A stretch of 61,716 nt of DNA, the filler included, from Vannella sp. (lineage: Eukaryota), in the NCBI GenBank assembly GCA_023345925.1. It is 6 parts of 6 records of this genome, joined end to end, with 100 filler letters (N's around TTAATTAATTAA, not from the genome) between each part and the next. Parts side by side here need not be neighbours in the genome. Positions count along the whole stretch, not along the records: positions 54,025 to 61,716 come from JAJQQN010000117.1; 5 more parts are not named here. One strand, given 5' to 3'. The position numbers and the translations under genes were made by a program. Position 1 is the first letter of the stretch. Each line of letters begins with the position of its first letter. Below, piece by piece: positions 56,854 through 61,716 of this stretch. The notes beneath the pieces are model-generated. The model saw only the letters and a program-made list of their open reading frames with translations, did not search any database and was not told where the DNA came from.

Positions 56854-58458
56854 ATGCTGGCGAGGGTGGGGCGGTCGGTGCTTCGACCTTTTGGGCAATA
56901 TGGGGGTTTGCGGAGTGCTTGCGGGGTTCCGCAGAGTCCTTGGTGGAAGAAGGAGAGTACAGAGTTGCTCTCAAAGTTATCAGAGCTGCCAAAGGCCATG
57001 CCTGAGACGATCACTTCTCTTGAGGAGTTGAAAAAGCAGGTTCAACAGATTGGGGCGGTCTCTATCCCCAATTGGTACACAGAGCAGCAGAGGCACTTCT
57101 TATCTGAGTGGGATAACCTCATTCGAAGCATCACTTGGAGAGAAGAAGACTTCCTTGCGAAGGATCTCGTCACCACTCACCCGATGCTCATCTTAGCCAA
57201 GTCTTTGGTCGAGTTTGGCAATCTCACTAAGATCACAAAGACTACTTCACACCTCCTGCCTGTAACAGTGGGCCTATTCACGTTAATGAGAAGGCAGAAT
57301 GCTGTTGTCGACCTCTGTCTTCCAGCCACTGGACTGATTGAGGATGCTAGACATAGCTATTGGCTCTATCATCATGCCCATTTGGCTGAGGCACCGTATA
57401 GGAGCAAATCGAGGGATTATCTTCTTCAGAATACCCTCCTCCGACCAGAATCCATCCTCATTTGCCAACCAAGCGAACTCTGGCGCCCAGGATTCATACT
57501 TGCACGGAACGATGTTACCAAGGAGATCATAGTGACCTTCTGTGGGACAGATAGCATTGGGGACTTCCTCCTCGATCTCACTTGTACCGACACAAAGTTC
57601 CTTGCTGGCCATACTCATCGCGGTGCGTTGGTTGCAACAAGGTGGTGCCTCAGTCAGCTAGAGGGTCCTTTGGAGCACGAGTTCCAAAGCCACCCTGAGT
57701 ATTCTCTAAAACTTGTGGGACATTCCTTGGGTGGTGCCGTCGCCACTCTATTTACGGCAATCCTTCAGGACCGATATCCCATTCAAACGGTTACGTTCGG
57801 TGCGCCTCCTGTTTGCTCTTTAGATCTTGCTCAAAGCATTCATCAGCCAATCACAAACGTCTTTCTGGGGAATGACTTGGTCACACAACTCTCTCTGAAG
57901 AGCTATTGCTCTCTGGAGGACCAACTCATTGAATCAGATTGGCGCCAAGGACTCCGTGATGAGATAAGGCTCATTGAAGACAGCAAGTTTCGAGAAATTG
58001 TGCTTTCGGTTGCAGACCGTTTTGTCTCTGTAAAAGAGGGACCAGAGGCTCTGAAAGCTTGTAATACCGATGTATTACAAAATATCTCAGCCCAAACGAT
58101 AAGTATGTTGTCTTCTGAGGTCTCAACACACGGGGAGGAGACAAAACAGCTCCTGATGGAGGACGTCAACGCTCGAAAGCAAAGGGAAGGTCTCCATTTG
58201 GACATGTACCACGCAGGCAACCTACTCCAGATTCGGCCAGAGTCACCCAACCAGTCTTATCATGACCACAAGTTCTCTTTAGTTGAGATCGACGCCAAAT
58301 CATTTGCCGAGAAGCCAATCACCCTCTCGGACAACATGATCACCGACCACCTTCTCAAAAATTACCTCAGCGCTCTTTGGTCCTCCACCAAATGCTGTCC
58401 AAATTCGGATTTTCTTTTGGCAAAATCCCCAATCAACACCAAGTGTTTTACGGAATAG
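56854..58458 (+). CDS. Class 3 lipase (DAG-lipase-like)
   Basis: FCGTDS..D.LLD, HRG, VGHSLGGAVA, FGAPP, DLV, MITDH. Confidence 0.85.
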   Translation: MLARVGRSVLRPFGQYGGLRSACGVPQSPWWKKESTELLSKLSELPKAMPETITSLEELKKQVQQIGAVSIPNWYTEQQRHFLSEWDNLIRSITWREEDFLAKDLVTTHPMLILAKSLVEFGNLTKITKTTSHLLPVTVGLFTLMRRQNAVVDLCLPATGLIEDARHSYWLYHHAHLAEAPYRSKSRDYLLQNTLLRPESILICQPSELWRPGFILARNDVTKEIIVTFCGTDSIGDFLLDLTCTDTKFLAGHTHRGALVATRWCLSQLEGPLEHEFQSHPEYSLKLVGHSLGGAVATLFTAILQDRYPIQTVTFGAPPVCSLDLAQSIHQPITNVFLGNDLVTQLSLKSYCSLEDQLIESDWRQGLRDEIRLIEDSKFREIVLSVADRFVSVKEGPEALKACNTDVLQNISAQTISMLSSEVSTHGEETKQLLMEDVNARKQREGLHLDMYHAGNLLQIRPESPNQSYHDHKFSLVEIDAKSFAEKPITLSDNMITDHLLKNYLSALWSSTKCCPNSDFLLAKSPINTKCFTE

Positions 58459-58657
58459 GAAATTTCCCAATTCACCTTACCTAATGTAGAGTTGTGTCTA
58501 ATTTTGCTTCAACCCAGCGAGGCTCTGTGTGGTCCTCCTTTGCCAGTCATTTGGTTCTTGGTCGGGAAGCTTGGTGGTTTCTTCTTATGTCTCAGTCACC
58601 TCGTGCACGGTTCACAGTGCGTAGAGGGAGGTGATCGGGTGGCGGGGTGGCTAACAG

Positions 58658-61600
58658 ATGATTCAGAAGCCGTTGAAGTCTCCCAGCTTGGCAGTCAGCG
58701 AGAGCATTCGCAGCAGGACCAACTCTCTCGTCAATCTGAGCTCATTGAAAGGAGCTACCATCAAGTCAGCCTTTGTGGGAAAGTTTGGAGTGGGAAAACG
58801 ATCTCTCCTTGAACGCCATAAAACGGGCAACTTTATGGTATGCTGCGCCTCCCTCTTGACTTCAGAGGCTCTCAAGAGTTTAAGGAAGCTTTCTTCTCTC
58901 AATCTGACTCCTCCAACAGGACAATGAGCCAAGGAAGAGATCAGGAACGTTTGGCTTCAAAGGAAACAAGCCGAAGACTCAAAGCTCCATGGAGGAGGAG
59001 ACTCCCCCTAAAATGGAGGTACCAACTCTAGTGGTTACTTCACAAGAGGCTTCTACTCTATCCCACGCGCAGAGGAAGAAGCAACGACCGATACAGGACT
59101 CCCCACGGCAGCAGCGGCCCTTGTCCGTGTCTTCACCGTCTGCTATGGGGCTCTTTGACCTCCAGGAAGAAGAAGGCTGGGCAAAGATTACTGCAGCCCC
59201 TAGCCCTGATCCTCTTCCACGAGCAAAGGTGAAGCAGGTTCCCGAACCGGAGCCCCCAGCCTTCGGCTTCCTAGGGTTGATGGACTCAAGGGAGGCGCGA
59301 AAGCTAGCCGATCTAGAGAAGAACATCAAGGTCAAGCCTATCACAGTCGAGATGACGGCAGAGCTTCAGGACCGCGTCCACTCGTGGAACATCAAGTCCT
59401 GCTGCGCTCTCTCAGACATAGCTCGCTTGCAAGACTACGCTGCTGTAGTGTTCTGCTTCTCCCCTTCTGATCGTTCCTCCTTTGAGCTGACTCAATCACA
59501 ACTGGAAGAGTACTCCGCCATGCCCGCTTCAGTCCGCCGCGCTGCGCTGTTGGTTGGCACTAAGACCGACAACGACCGCGAAGTGTCTTCAAGGGAGGTG
59601 CTCCTACTCTCTCGGAAACACACCATTCGTTATGTGGAGACCAGCTCGAAGATGAACAGTGGAATCGACTCAGTCTTTAAGACACTTGCGGAGATTCTCC
59701 AGTTCCAAGTGATTGATATTCCTCGGTGGAACAGTATTCGTGGGGCTCTCAAGGACAAGGCTTCTGCTGCTCTGATGGTGCGTAACACAGGACGAGTCAA
59801 GCAGCTGTTGTCAGTGGACCCGGGATTGCCTATGAAGCTCACCAAGCACGGCTTAGCCTACATTCACATTGCAGCATGGGAGGGGTTCTTTGAGTTTGTC
59901 TATTTATTCCTTCAGAGCGCTCCCGAATGTGTCAATTGCAAAGATTGCTTTGGCTGGACACCTTTGATGATTGCCAGTCGCATGGGCCACCAATATCTGG
60001 TCGACTTTCTTCTTGATTGTGGGGCAGATATTGACATTGAGGATGCTAGCGGCCTCACTGCCCTCAGCACCCAACATGGAAGCGTTCGTGATACTCTCCT
60101 ACATCAACTAGAAGCGCGGAAGAGGAACCGAGCGATTACATCTTTGAGTCACGTTCAAGACATTGTCAGGAGTCTCGGCTTCCTCCTCGAACTAGATTTG
60201 AGCCATGCAAAGCTTTGTTCGATTCCTGAGTGCGTTCTGAAGTGTTCACAATTGACATTCCTCTCACTCTCTGGTAACCAAATCAAGAATATTGACGTCA
60301 ATTGGAGTACGCTTTCTATTCTGAAAAAGCTTCAAATGACCAACAACTTGATTCAATCAATACCTGAATCTTTTGCTGCTCTACAATCGTTAGAAGTATT
60401 AGATCTTCGCCATAACAAGCTCGCAGGAATCACTCCTCGGATTGGTGAGATGCTAAGTCTCAGGAAGCTTCATTTATCACATAACCTCCTTACCTATTTG
60501 CCCAGTCAGCTGGCAAACCTTGACAAAGCTTTGGAAGTCCTGGATGTCTACAACAACCCCTTGAGTACTCTACCAATTGAAGTAGTTCCACGTCTCGGTG
60601 ATGTCCATCCAGGTGTAATGGCCCCGCTCATGTCCTATCTTCGTAACATCAACAGTGGAGGAAAAGAGGAGTACAACAGAGTCAAAGTCATGTTTGTTGG
60701 TGATGGGAACGTTGGAAAGACTTCCTTGATGAACTGCTTTTCTGAGAGAGACAAATCTCGGAGGAAGAGTCATAAGCTAGAATCTGACTGCGATCCAACA
60801 GACACCATTGCCACTGATGGCATTGACATCAATAGTATCCATGTCCCTTTGCCAGGTGGAAAGTCAATGAGATGGGACTGCTGGGACTATGCAGGACAGG
60901 AGATTTATTACGCTACTCACCAATTCTTCCTTTCGCCCAACTCTGTGTATCTCATTTGCTTTAACCTACTGGACCGAGATCTTTCCAAAGTGGAATATTG
61001 GATTAATTCGGTGCATTCTCGAGCTCGAGGAAGCCCCATTTTCTTAATTGGTACCCATGTGGACGATCGGGCATGTACAGATGACTATGTGGACCAATTC
61101 ATCAATCGAATCATACGAAATATCAAACCCGATCGATTCCGCAACAAACTGGGAGTCCCTTCTATCAAAGGTATCCATGCGCTCAGTTGCAAGAAGCGGA
61201 CAGGAGTGCGTGAGTTAGTACAAGACATCTCCGAAATTGTCCAGAGAATGCGTTTTGTGGGCCAGTTGTATCCTTCATCTTGGATCAAACTGGAGAAGAC
61301 TCTTGAAACTATGAGTGGCCAAGCGGCTCCATTCCTCAATTGGCAGGATTTCAAACGCATTGCTGAAGGTTGCCACATCGATCAAGAGTCAGCTTTACAG
61401 GCTGCCAACTTTCTTCACACAACGGGTGCAATTTGCTACTTTGATGACGTTCGCACAGGTCTTAATGATTTAGTCATTTTGGATCCTCAGTTCTTGACAA
61501 ATGTAATGTCTGCTATCGTCACTCTGAAGCATCGCTACGGATCGGAAGGCATTCTTTTACAGAAGGACATGGTCCACGTGTGGAAGCAGTTCCCTACGGA

Positions 61601-61716
61601 ACTTCACAGGACTTTGATGAACCTTTTAGAGAAATTTGAGATTGCTCACTACCTTCCAGGTGTTGGTGGGAAGAAGTATATTGTACCGTGTCTCTTACCC
61701 ATGCAAATGCCGGACC
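58658..61716 (+). CDS. Roco protein: N-terminal Ras-like domain, ankyrin repeats, LRRs, ROC-COR (3' truncated)
   Basis: Intron 58838-58919 then open to window end; GWTPLMIA ankyrin, LRRs, VGDGNVGKTS, ATDGIDI, WDYAGQEIYYATHQFFL, IGTHVD, VILDPQFL. Confidence 0.9.

Noticed and set aside
1..61716. Prokaryotic operon, defence island or giant-virus origin
   Set aside because: Pervasive spliceosomal introns and core eukaryotic housekeeping genes are present on every contig.

Overview
Eukaryotic, gene-dense genomic DNA with short (mostly about 45-85 nt) GT-AG introns. Roco, GAIN/GPS surface and CRN-like genes suggest a free-living amoebozoan-type protist (inference). The window is six contigs joined by artificial 100-nt spacers (N44-TTAATTAATTAA-N44), so synteny across spacers is meaningless. 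Recognisable genes include NOB1, ATG4, RAB18, FAM214/Atos, MPPED-like, RsmI, an ENT-domain protein, NUP37, CDK5RAP1/MiaB, an aprataxin-like protein, a PH-TKL kinase, RPB3, CNOT2, AlaRS, eIF4E, NFRKB, BCKDHB, NDUFA6 and a Roco protein. The most striking feature (39952-43855) is a cell-surface LRR receptor with lamprey-VLR-like architecture: signal peptide, LRRNT, LRRs, Cys cap, S/T/P stalk, GAIN-like domain and a GPI-type tail. Its LRRs are encoded one per 66-nt symmetrical phase-2 exon within a ~120-bp tandem array. The introns are near-identical, the ligand-facing codons are hypervariable, and a recombination scar is visible, making it a candidate exon-shuffling diversified recognition system. 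All gene models were read by eye; family calls rest on remembered motifs, not database searches.
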